NCBI GenBank assembly: GCA_000934665.2
Contig: JYFJ02001851.1
Location: 48,080 to 68,079, forward strand
DNA: 20,000 nt
Direction of reading: 5' to 3'
Source: Catajapyx aquilonaris
Lineage: Eukaryota
Positions within the stretch are counted from its first letter, which is position 1, and each line of letters opens with the position of its first letter. Of the stretch, positions 1-10,138 are shown piece by piece. A program made the translations under genes and the position numbers. Under the pieces are notes generated by a model. That model did no database searches and was not told the DNA's origin. It worked only from the letters and a program-made list of their open reading frames with translations.

Positions 1-89
1 AGTTGCAGACAATGGGAATTAATGGAATTGTTATCCCGCCTCCTAAGAGGTTATTCCGAGTTTTGACAATATATTGTTATAATTCATTG

Positions 90-1650
90 GCATTTTTTGA
101 CAATTTCGTCGAATATTTGGCTTTAACGTTTTAAATGTTATCCTAGTAATAGTATTATAACCTACGTAGGCTACTGTACAGTAGCCTATATACAGTAGAT
201 TATTATGGAGTGGCCCACGATAAATACCTCTTGCAGTATGGTACAGTAATTTGAAATCCCAAAGTAAATGCAAATGACCCGTTGGCAACAAGTGGATTTG
301 TAATGACATGAATCTAGATGAGCGTATAATGCATATAAATCAGGGCAGACGTACAAAACTGTATAATCCTTTAGCAGGTGCTTATAACTTATTATTTTGT
401 TACAAATACGAAGACGCAGCAGTTAGTGACAACAGAGCATTGCATAGACACCATGTTCTGAATAACAAAAAAGTGCAAATTACGCATGCCAGAGGTCCCT
501 TTCCTCCTCCAGCAACCCACGCACATATACACCAGGCGCATATCCAATGACCGGCCAGGTTCATGCCATTCATTCACCTTTTCTAAAGTTATTCCCATTC
601 ATTCGCGTTTATGTAACCGTGATGGCCTAGTGCTGGGTTAGTTTCAAGGGCGAGACCACAAATCCACCCCCACAGATCTGAGCAACGGGTTCCTTCACCC
701 ACACCTTGGAAATGAGCGGGTCAGTTCGGCACCACCAGTTCTCAAGTCCTTGACTCCACACCACCTGTGCGTGGGAAAACTAGATAGGCTACATTCAGAA
801 ACGGTTGTAAGGCCCACTGCTGGTGCTAATCAGAGAAGATGACCCAATGTGATGCGGAAGGCCAGTCGAAATTCATATGTGCAAAGCCAGCTTATGCATG
901 GTGTTCATATACAAACATACACAAGTCAGTATGCTAGATGATCACCTGGGCACCATGGCATCCTTAGGAAATAAAATAATATGCCGTCTTTTGACACCAC
1001 GTCGAGAAAATTGGAATCTGTATCTCGGAGAACCCCCTGAAGTATAGGGAAAAAAGATGACCTGATATATAAATTGTTCAGTTTCTTCGGCTGCTGAGGT
1101 GGCGGGTTCCTTCCCACTGGAACACACACAAAAAGACGGATGGGATTTTTCGGAAAGAACCTCGTGCCATGGTTCCTAAAGAAGCAGCCAGGCGAAGAGA
1201 TTGACGACGCACTTCCTTTTTTTTCCTTCTGTAAGCTTCCTTTGTACCTGGAACACCTTTTCGAATGAATGTACCGATTGGGCGAACTTTGCGCAATTAG
1301 GATTCTGGGTTCAGGTGCCGCTCCAGTGAGTTAACAGTCCACAATATAAAAGGAAACGACGAGCATGAGATCAACTGAGCGTGCTAATGAGTGCAAGACT
1401 TCCCGAATTGTCATCAGATGGCAGTGTAACCTTTTTGGCCTGCGGGTTGGGTCGCAAAAATTTGACGTTCCAGTTAGTTTGTGAGATACGCTAATTGTGC
1501 CATGACTGCGTGGCCTTTGCTCGGAGTTGACCAGGGAGGTTGGTGTATAGTGGACGGTAGCCAAAAATAATAACTCGGAATTGGAAGACTGGAACACACA
1601 GAGTCGGTCTCTGACCGGAAGAATGGGGCTGGGACTTTGGAATTATAATC
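90..1650 (-). mobile_element. Highly decayed non-LTR retrotransposon ORF2 (endonuclease C-terminus, linker, RT), Jockey/I-group-like; probably continues past the left edge
   Basis: Motifs occur in the canonical order on the minus strand across stops and frameshifts: GYRPL (~SDHRP), QTNWN, KEAYRRKKKEVRRQ, KNPIRLF, KLNNLY, PGDHL, RP-ITVT, MGITLEKV (598-575), CVFVFVTK (~AVFLDVSK), LYSF..IIRS, RGIYRGPLHNNL.YI (~QGSILGPLLFNLYI), FDEI (~FADD). About 130 bp of extra sequence lies near 650-790. Confidence 0.6.
161..197. repeat. Perfect 22-bp palindrome built from TA-anchored 5-mers
   Basis: taggctactgtacagtagccta (167-188) is its own reverse complement. It overlaps the palindrome cctacgtagg (161-170) and is followed by tacagta (191-197). 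Confidence 0.9.
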
Positions 1651-2859
1651 TCTGGAGAGTAGCATAAACTAGAGCTTTGCAAGAATAAAGCTATAAGCGA
1701 AAAGTCCATGTTTGGAGTCAAAGGACAAATGTAGGCCCACTTGTGCTATGTAGGCACAATAAACGTCCACATTTTGCTATTCTGTAATATTCAGAAATGG
1801 GCACGAGACGGTGTTGCCTAAAATTCTGGTCTTCAGTTTTATTACCGTGATAATAATATGTGCTCTAGCGGTCACTGTGTTCACAACAAAATCTGAGCCT
1901 CTGAAGGGTTCCAGAAAGAATGTGCCGAGACAGTGAAGGGGGCACCAATTCGTACCGTCCGATCAAAGTGATGAATTGACATGTTTGTGCAGCCAAATAA
2001 CAACATTAGAAAACATTAACCACGCACCGTCGTCAGAAGAGTTTTTGTTATGTGTAACCCAACAAAACCATCAACACGAACGGATGATTCACTCACCTGA
2101 TAATTATGACGACAGGAGATAGTAGGCCTACTTTAACATCACATTATTACACGTCTTTAGTATATTGTTCTGATATATGTGTCACGTCTTCATTTTGTGA
2201 ACTGTAGTAGCCTATATTATTGTATGTGGAACTGAGAAGTAAAAGCAGCTAGATCCGATCCTGGAAAAATCAGTTTGATATTGCATTAGGTCCATGTAGC
2301 CTTCCATCCTGTTGCAGAGTATGCTTTACAAGTACGAGAAAATAACATTTTGGCCAAAAATCCTTGGGAAAACAGGGTCTTTCAAGCGAAACCAGCTATG
2401 TGCTTTTTGCTGGCTTTTAACATGCATTGACGTTTTTAAACAAGGGGAAAATTAGGTTTCCGATAATTGAGTGGTTCCATATTGTTATTTGAGAGCAGAA
2501 ACAGCCCGATATGACTTGGCGACGAAATTTTCGATTTTCTTTTTGCGCTTACGTCGCATTAGAAACCCATATAGACCAATGACTTTTTTGCGGAGGTTTT
2601 TCAAGCGAAGTAATTAAAGATTATGTAAAAGCAAAAGTCATATTTTTCTGTGACAAAACCAGCTAGATTCACTTTACCTTTCGAGCAAAAGTTACTGTAG
2701 TAGTTCCAAGCTAAAACTTTTCGGTGGTGTATACTGTGTGGGAACGAGTTTCAGAATTAGCATATTATGGTGCGGAAAAGAGCGAATTTCGAGTGTGGAG
2801 CAAGTTTAGTGAATCTTTATGGTTCCTACTAGAGGACACTGATTTTCCCCCGTAAAAAG

Positions 2860-3312
2860 TATTCTGGACTAAACTACTTTTGCTTTTCACCTCTACATGA
2901 AAGGTGCATTGGGAACTGTTCTTTGAAAACATGGACATGGCAGTCGGGTACAGGGACAAAAAAATATGACGTAGTGATTTTCATGGTGTAAATGTTAACC
3001 ACGTTGAAGACATTTTAGAAGAAACATTCAATGGTACCAACTGTGTTGATCATTTTATCTGATATTTGTATTTTGGCGAAACATATGTGATCAATATGGT
3101 CAGGTTATAAGTAAAAACTGATTGTGTTAAACCCAGTCATCACGTTGGTAAACCAGAGCATCAGTTCATGCACGGATTGAATTGAATCACGTCATTTGGT
3201 CTAGTCCGAAAATGAGGAAACGTAGGTCAGTGGAAGAACGAAATTGAATGTGACTTGTCGGTCGCCAAAGGAAGCTAGAAGTGTAGCATAATTATGTTAG
3301 CATATTATGTTA
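2860..3312 (+). mobile_element. Decayed Penelope-like element, RT part
   Basis: NYFCF (2872-2886), then FFENMDMAVG (2919-2948; ~YEQxxGxAMGS), in-frame HVEDIL (3000-3017; ~YVDDIL) and VDHFI*YL. EIECD near 3240-3254 resembles the start of the GIY-YIG domain. Confidence 0.45.
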
Positions 3313-4110
3313 TGGGTTGTTTCATAAGTCATTGTGTGTATTTTTTAATTCAAAGACGGTAACACATACAGAGATTACCTTTGCGGAGTTTTGAAGCTCT
3401 GGCGATTACAATTTAATCTGGCATATAGATATCGCCCATATCGCAAGGGAGACAGGGAAACAAAAGGGAATCATGACCTCCCCACCGCACCATCGCCCTA
3501 AGACGGCTCCAGCCTGACGCGCCTGGAGCTGTTGGACGCTGCATGCGGGACACTCGGAGATGGACAACGCACTGGAGCTTGCTTTTGAGTGTGGGACAAG
3601 TCAGAGAACTATGGCCAGAGCCATGTGTCATCCATATCCACAATCTGTTTTTAAAAAACCATCGCCCTCAATGCGATCGAGTTCCAAGCGGAAGGCAAAA
3701 TGATGGCACTGTTGTACCTCAAAGAGATGGTGAAGAACCAGTGAGGATGCCTAGCCAGCTTCATGAGACCTTTCAGTCTGTCAGAGGCCTAAGCATAGTG
3801 CTCTGACTTGTCTCACACTCGAAAGCAAGCTCCTGTGTTGTCCATCGCCGATTGTCCAGCATGTAGCGTCCAACAGCTCCAAGCCGTCTTGCAGTTAGGG
3901 CGATGCGATGGTGCGGTGGTGGTGGTTGGGGGGGGGGGGGGGNAGGGTCACGATCCCCTTTTGTTTCCCCGCCTCCCTCGCGATATAGGCGACATCTATA
4001 TGCCAGATCAAATTGTAATCGCCGGAGCTTCAAAACTCAGCAAAGGTCACCTCTATATGTGTTACCGTTTTAGAATTTAAAAATACGCGCAATGACTTGT
4101 GAAACAACTG
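3313..4110. mobile_element. Foldback/MITE with ~300-bp terminal inverted arms, TA-flanked (Tc1/mariner-type ends)
   Basis: Left arm ~3313-3613 and right arm 3794-4110 are reverse complements (about 19 differences in the outer ~163 bp). The spacer is 3614-3793. TA lies at 3311-3312 and 4111-4112, and the right end reads TA-CAGTTGTTTC on the minus strand. The right arm carries a G15 run (3928-3942) and an N at 3943. Confidence 0.85.
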
Positions 4111-4130
4111 TATGTCTGTATGACTGTATC

Positions 4131-4518
4131 CTGCTGTTGCCACCGTGGAAGACAAGATAGGCCCCACCCCTATCACCAGTCATGGCCAGTACTGCTGCCA
4201 AATGTGGAAGGCGCGGGAACCGAATCCACGGGGTTTCCAACAACTATCATATATAGTTTATGACTTGATGGCAAGGGACTCCTTTATTTACCTCTTCTAT
4301 CCCCAATAAACTCCCTTCCACCGCTCCCGAGTCCCCACATACACCCCTCCCTTGCAACTCAGCAGGGGTGTGACAAGACGGGAAATACGGTTAAGCTCTA
4401 CTCCAATGCTATTTCTTCATCAGCTTTCCCTAATACTACAAAAAATAGTCGAACATATTTCCAAGTGTGAATTTCCAGTGGGCGGGGCCTATCTGGTCTT
4501 CCACGGTGGCAACATCAG
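4131..4518. mobile_element. MITE with 39-bp TIRs and an apparent 3-bp ATC target duplication
   Basis: 4131-4169 ctgctgttgccaccgtggaagacaagataggccccaccc matches the reverse complement of 4480-4518 at 36/39 positions. ATC lies at 4128-4130 and 4519-4521. Confidence 0.8.
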
Positions 4519-4521
4519 ATC

Positions 4522-4760
4522 ATGACTACTCTAGATTGAAGGGACTAAAATACAACACTGGCTGCTTCATTTCGAATCCAATCCAAGGCATAGAGGATAA
4601 AATGATTACACGGGCTTTCAGTTTCATTGACTTTATTGAAGGAAGCCATCGGGAGCCGTCTTACAAGTTAGTTGCAGAGGCTTCGGCCTATTCACATTCT
4701 CGGATGTTAAGAAGCAGTGAATATATCAGTTATATGAAGATTGAACAAATTGTTTAACAT
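4522..4760 (+). mobile_element. Decayed Penelope-like GIY-YIG endonuclease C-terminal part
   Basis: ORF 4467-4757 contains RLKGLKYN (~RLKEHKYN), MITRAFSF (~HxxxxGHSF) and HREPSYKLVAEA (~HREPNYxKRLxxEA). It is collinear with the RT relic before 3312 once the two MITEs are removed. Confidence 0.5.
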
Positions 4761-5043
4761 CAGAGAAGACAAAATTGAACACTTTATTTGTACTGCACTT
4801 TAGCCTACCATTACTGTACATGCTGATTGAAATACTCCTAGTAATTCAGTCTCAGTCATTTAAGCCTGCCTGTTTCATCGCGGTGAATATGGATGTAGTT
4901 CATGCCGTGCGGGCCGCCACGGGTAATCCCCCTCTACTCCCTCTGCATTGTTCAAGTACAGTACACCGCACCGCTTCGATTTGGTCATAATATGCTACAG
5001 TATATTAGTCAGTTGTCATACTTGTACTGTAATAATATCGTGT

Positions 5044-5075
5044 CTAATCAGGTTTCTCTCTCTTTGCAGGTGAGT
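5044..5075 (+). promoter_or_regulatory. Candidate recursive splice site (ratchet point): branchpoint, polypyrimidine tract, CAG|GTGAGT
   Basis: CTAAT at 5044-5048, tttctctctcttt at 5053-5065, CAG at 5067-5069, immediately followed by the 5' splice consensus GTGAGT at 5070-5075. Confidence 0.6.
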
Positions 5076-5823
5076 TGAGCTGAATCAGACTACTGCAGGG
5101 GCATGTTGGGCCTGTGCGTGAAGCTGTCAGCAGCCTTGTAGGGGAAAGTATGCAACTGATTGGCCACTTTCATCTTGCGCGCTTAATTACAAGGCATGTT
5201 GCCACAGTTCGGTATATAGCTGCATTCTGCAGATTTGACTATTTGAATGCCACAATGCAATAAGGGCCCAACTGTCAATTTTTACGGAAATGCTTTTATT
5301 GCATATTGTACTTCCTGAGGTGGATGTCCATCCGTATAAAATGCAAGAAGAGGCGAAATGTCACTAGTAATGGCTGAAAAAGGCCTATAACCATCGACAG
5401 ACCAAAACGCGATTGACGAACGTGATTGTCACTTGAAAAGCGCGATTTTAATACACTACAAGTGACCCGCGATTTGAAAATAGCGGTGATTTTTAAGCGC
5501 GACGTGATTTTTGTCTCATCGCTATTTCTGAATAAGATGCGTTACTTTACCATTTAGAACGTTCCCCTCTGAGGAGCGTTGCTAAACATAGTGGAAAATA
5601 AAGTAGACTTGTCTGTCTATATGTCACCAAAAAATCATTGACCTGCGTCCTCGGGAAGTGGTCAAATATGGCCGCTACTTTATAAGGTAGACCTAGGTGG
5701 CATGGGAGACCAAAAAAAACATTAAATTTAATTAAATATAATATGTAATTACTCTGAAACGAATAATGTGTCTCATGTTATTCGTTCATTTTATCTTGAG
5801 ACGGTTTATTTCTCCATATTTAA

Positions 5824-6786
5824 GGTGGATATGAAGCTAAGGTTCACATTTTGACATCGTTTTGAAATTCACAGGGTTTATAGAATAAGAAGCCCTCTTC
5901 CCAATGGTGGAAAAAAATCACTCCTAACCGGGCAAATAAGCTCGCAAAATGGCTCAGAATGTGCCGACTGTCCATAAGCTCCAATGTTAAATTAAAACTT
6001 TATTTGAAAGCATCTTCACATTTTGACAGTTTGAAATTAATATATGTGAAATGTGAAGAATAATATAGTAATTACAAAGAACGCAGAAAAAACATATCAA
6101 ACCGAATGATTTAAATTGTTATCGTCGAAAAAAGAAAAAGGGGGCGGGGCTAGCCTGAGGCACGGGAGGAAGTGGCAACATGGCAGTCTTCCTACGAAAT
6201 GGCGCGCAGATTGTCCGAATTTGAAATATGTGGTCACAACCAGGGTTCTTAGATAAAACTATACTGTAATAAATAAGCGCACAAATACAGTATATTTCAA
6301 CCTAGCCAGAAAATGTCGAGCATCGTGCACTTGGAACGCGCCATCTTGGACAGGGGGAGGGGCGAAAGCCGCGTTGCCACCTCTATTTCCCAACAGGTCT
6401 ACCAACTTACCGTAAATCAAAGCCTATACTTATCCCCTTTCCTTTCCGAAGATAATGTGTATTATATGTAATGGATGTAACACGACATTGTAGAGCCTCG
6501 TAACTGTCACCCACTACCGTCGCGTCGCCTTTGATCCTAAATATGCTGCCTATGGTAAACTAAAAATTCAGGTGTGTACATTCTAGTAGGTTGGCAATGT
6601 GTTGCAAGTGAATTAGGTTTTGCCCTGTAAGAAATCGAGTTTACGGTGGATTTTAAAATGGAATGCATATGATTCATCAGCATCCACTACTGCATTAGAT
6701 GCATATGTTTCCCCGAATTTAACTGCTCTAATTAGCGTTTTTGTTCTAGACACTGAATTGACTAGGGAAGTAGCTTCATATCCACC
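5824..6786. mobile_element. Non-autonomous Kolobok-like DNA transposon (963 bp)
   Basis: TTAA at 5820-5823 and 6787-6790, with perfect 16-bp TIRs ggtggatatgaagcta (5824-5839 / 6771-6786). A TTAA target with purine-starting ends fits Kolobok rather than piggyBac (CC ends). An internal direct repeat ttcacattttgaca occurs at ~5843 and ~6015. Confidence 0.75.
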
Positions 6787-7399
6787 TTAAGCCAAAGGAA
6801 CGATACAATGCAAGAAGGGCCCACTTGTGAGCATTAAAAGTATTTGAATAAAATATAATTTACATGGACATTTCAAGGAAAGTGCTGTCAGGTATTCATG
6901 TTGTACATATCTGTCATTAGATTTAGAGCACAATTGCCTACCATGAACAGAAACAGAAATAAATATGTTTTTTTTCGCTTCCTGGACATTTTCAATTTTC
7001 ACAATTGGACCCTTATTGAATTGTGGTCTTCATTTATTAGGTCCACTTTTGACACCTGTGACGCAATACATAATGATGAGAAAGAATGAAATGTTCTTTA
7101 TTTTCATCCAACGCTTCTGTGTTCACTGGTGAATTTCTTACCATTTGATAAGAAATTTATGCCCAACCAATTTATTTCCTCGATTTAAGACCCCTACTTG
7201 ATTTTACGCATGAAACTCTTTTAGCCCCCCGTTTTAGCAAAAAAAATTGAAAGTTGTCTGTAACTCAGAGGTGGTCAATAAACTGTTCATGTAATTATGT
7301 TGCACCGTAATTACTGACTGGCACACCCATGTCAATCACTCTTTTGGTGCCATATTTTGCAATTTTGTTGGTTTTACCATCTTAATTACTCCTCATTCC

Positions 7400-7870
7400 T
7401 CCTTTAATGAGCTTGATTGAATTGCCGCGCATGCGCCAATGACTGGGTGAGCCTGGCAAGAGACTGACTCTGTGGTACTGTAATCTATGATGTTTCTTAG
7501 TATCTGGCGGGTTCCCTGGAGTTATACCAATCATATGGAACATTTCTCATTAATGAAAACCGCCGTACACAGCTGGTGGTGGCGATTTCAGGGATTTTTA
7601 ACGACTGAAAGAACATTATAAAAATTATGAAGTAGAGGCTTTCCAAAAGGCCTGGTTTTATAGCCTTGTAATTTGTCCCATAGTGAGTTTTTTTTCAGAC
7701 TCGACCCAAACTGGTATAGTCATCCAGAGGAGTCTGATACGTGGATATTCAATGCATTTTCGTTCCTTCAGAGCAAAAAAGCAGCCGCTGGAATACTTGT
7801 AATAGGCGTAGAAGTGAAGCCAGTAAAAGCCTGCTACTGTATATTGTGAGACACTCTGTTGGCTTCTCAA
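7400..7870 (-). mobile_element. Decayed Ty3/Gypsy-like integrase relic (copy A)
   Basis: FYWLHFYAYYKYSSGC (~FYWPxMxxDVxKYVxxCxxC), LWMTI, IPEIATTSC..AVFINE (~IPDITAETVAxAFINE) and AHPVIG....SSLK (~YHPQSNG..ER...SLK), in order. Confidence 0.45.
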
Positions 7871-8159
7871 ATCGACTCGTTTACCTTTCAGCCACCAAGA
7901 AAGTCAAGTATTTTTAATGGCTCTTAAATGGGTGGCCATTCACTGCACTTTATTGCTGATTTTTAACCATAATTTAACTACTGTTATTATATTAATCGTG
8001 CAATTAATAGTTCCGTACAATTGCCCGCTAAATGGCCGCTTTTGTAGGAAATACATCTACTTAGGTGTGGCATGTAACATTTTAAAAATCATATGCAGAA
8101 TTTTTTTTCTTTGTGGTTAATAACTGTCTACCTTCTCCAGAGTAACTTACAGCTACACC

Positions 8160-8810
8160 AGTGATGACACGAATCTGTCGCAATAATGCGAGATACTCTG
8201 CATATTTATTGGCAGACATGGTGACAGCGGAGCAATGCAAAGAACTATGACTCCCACTTTGATACGGTATCCTGCCGTGTACGGTGTATTTTATCTGAGA
8301 CGTGTATTGGAGCAAAGTGGCGTATACAGTAATCCCCCAGGGGCTCCTCTTGCCTCACCCCAGGCAGAACCACTTGCACCGACGTGTTTTTCGAGAAAGT
8401 GGTTGGGAGTAAAGCAGCAATATGCGTCAGTGGCAAGTTCGGTTACGTACATATTTCGGCTAGATTGCACATTAACTCTGGTAACCCGCCAGCCGACATT
8501 CGATGCTCTTGTTGCCTCTGAGGATACATGAGTAGCCAGGCATTCATTGCGAGAGCATGCACCGTGTCTGCTTTTTTATGACTGATTATTACCTGGAAGC
8601 AAGTTTGGATTCTGACTGGTTTAGGAGAAGGGCGCACCTTTATTAGAACACTTTTCGTGCAGGAAATTATTTCCGGCTGTTAGGCGTCAAATGATTGTTT
8701 CCGATTTGTGGACAAGAAGAAAGGGGACATAGCCATCGAATATTCCTCTCTGGCAGGCACATGCGCCAAATGGTTAATCACCTTCCTGCTCAGGTCATGC
8801 ACTCACCATG
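8160..8810 (-). mobile_element. Decayed Ty3/Gypsy-like integrase relic (copy B)
   Basis: One nearly continuous frame from ~8800 to 8245 with two internal stops: W*VHDLSRKVINHL, shifted CACQR (zinc finger), SPF, KSVLIKVRPSPK (~KYILVIVDxFSK), KKADTVHALAMNAWLLMY, ELMCNLAEI. Downstream in another frame: VHGRIP and YAEYL. Confidence 0.5.
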
Positions 8811-8814
8811 GCAT

Positions 8815-8835
8815 GGGGGCTGGGGAAGGGTGGGG
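8815..8835 (+). other. Potential G-quadruplex
   Basis: GGGGG-CT-GGGG-AA-GGG-T-GGGG: four G-runs with 1-2 nt loops. Confidence 0.6.
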
Positions 8836-9135
8836 AATACGACAATTGGAGCGGAGGACCTTCCCCCGTCGGGTCCCACATTCTCAGGGGAAATACCTAA
8901 TCTCTTCGTTTTCATGTCTGACGTGCTGAGATGGTGCGAAGACTAACCCGGGACATTTGAGAAGGAAATGTGCACGCAAGTGCAGAATAGACCTCAACAA
9001 ATCATTGCCCGCCCCTACTTTCCAGCCCACCAGAGGCCTCTTTATGGACGCAATCGCACCATAAGCAGTCTAGTAAATGTATTGGGGTATGCTCATCTAC
9101 TGAAGGTGAACGCACGTTTACGTAATTTCCTTATA

Positions 9136-9841
9136 GTAGGAAAGTCGCCAAACGCGGACCCGGCGCTTAATGCGGACCACTGGCTTATTTTGTCAACTAG
9201 GTGATTCAGACTAAAAGCGAGACGGCCAAAAGCTACTAGAAATAGAGTAGAAGTAACAATATATGTAGAAATATAACGGTTACTTAAATGCGCAACACTT
9301 TAAAAAGCCATGTTTTCAAAGCAATGCCCTTCCCCAATGTGTGTGGGCTTATCTTCGTTAATTTTAGGTAATCAATGATGGAAAACGATGGCAGCTAAGT
9401 GGAACCTGAAGCGATTAGATCGTCGACTAATTTTCGATTTACAATGTCAGACTTCGATGTTTTGCTAATTTTCTTTTAAATTGTTGTTATTTATGTTATT
9501 TATGTTCACCATTATATATTTTCCAATACCTCATTCCAATGCATAACTTAACTTTGTTTTCATTATCCCCAGACTACTTATTTGCATTTGGAGGTCCTAA
9601 TTTGAAGGAAAAAGGGAGGGGGTCTGAATTTGGAACCCTTTTCCTGGAGCATCATTTTTGCAGACTTTTACTAAATTCAAAAATGCCATAATTTGGAATA
9701 TTTACGTGGATTTTGTTATAGCCAGTTTTTAGGTAACTAATCAAAGAATCTTTTGACATTGAGCAATTAAGTGTAACTTTAACATTTAGGAAGTTATACG
9801 GGAAAGACGAATTGGGGGTCCGCGTTTGGCGACTTTCCCAA
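9136..9841. mobile_element. MITE (~706 bp) with a 23-bp perfect TIR core, TA-flanked
   Basis: ggaaagtcgccaaacgcggaccc (9139-9161) is the exact reverse complement of 9816-9838. TA lies at 9134-9135 and 9842-9843. A subterminal echo aatgcggacc starts at 9169. Confidence 0.8.
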
Positions 9842-10049
9842 TAGATTATTTTTTGGCTGGAAATGTTTTCACCATTTTTATGTCGTACGAATTTGTACCT
9901 GTTCGAACCGGACGCTCTCTACCGATCTTACAGGAGTCAGATTGTCTCTTTTTGTCCTCCCACTCTCTTGCGGCCTCATTGGTCTCCAGAAGAGGTCTGG
10001 GTGGAATTGACGTCTGTAGTGCGACATCCATTTATTGCCCGGACCCATC

Positions 10050-10138
10050 CCTCGATGTGTTGCCCAGGAGAGGCCAACTTTTAGTCCCAGTCGCCAAATC
10101 ATGGGGAATTTTGCTGTGGGGTCATGTATAAAGAACGT
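10050..10138 (+). mobile_element. Decayed Tc1/mariner-superfamily transposase fragment
   Basis: With several frameshifts it reads PRCVA-RRGQL-*SQSPNH-LLWGHV-KER, resembling RWIGRRGPxxWPPRSPDL..DFFLWGxxK. Confidence 0.35.

Noticed and set aside
2240..2700. Scattered direct repeats (aaaaccagctagat, tttcaagcgaa) as a CRISPR-like or tandem array
   Set aside because: There are only 2-3 irregularly spaced degenerate copies in eukaryotic DNA, probably internal repeats of an old DNA element.
5560..5600. Minimal hammerhead-like CTGAGGA motif (also checked at ~10698 and ~14310 on the minus strand)
   Set aside because: The GAAA core, the UH cleavage site or stem I pairing is missing in each case.
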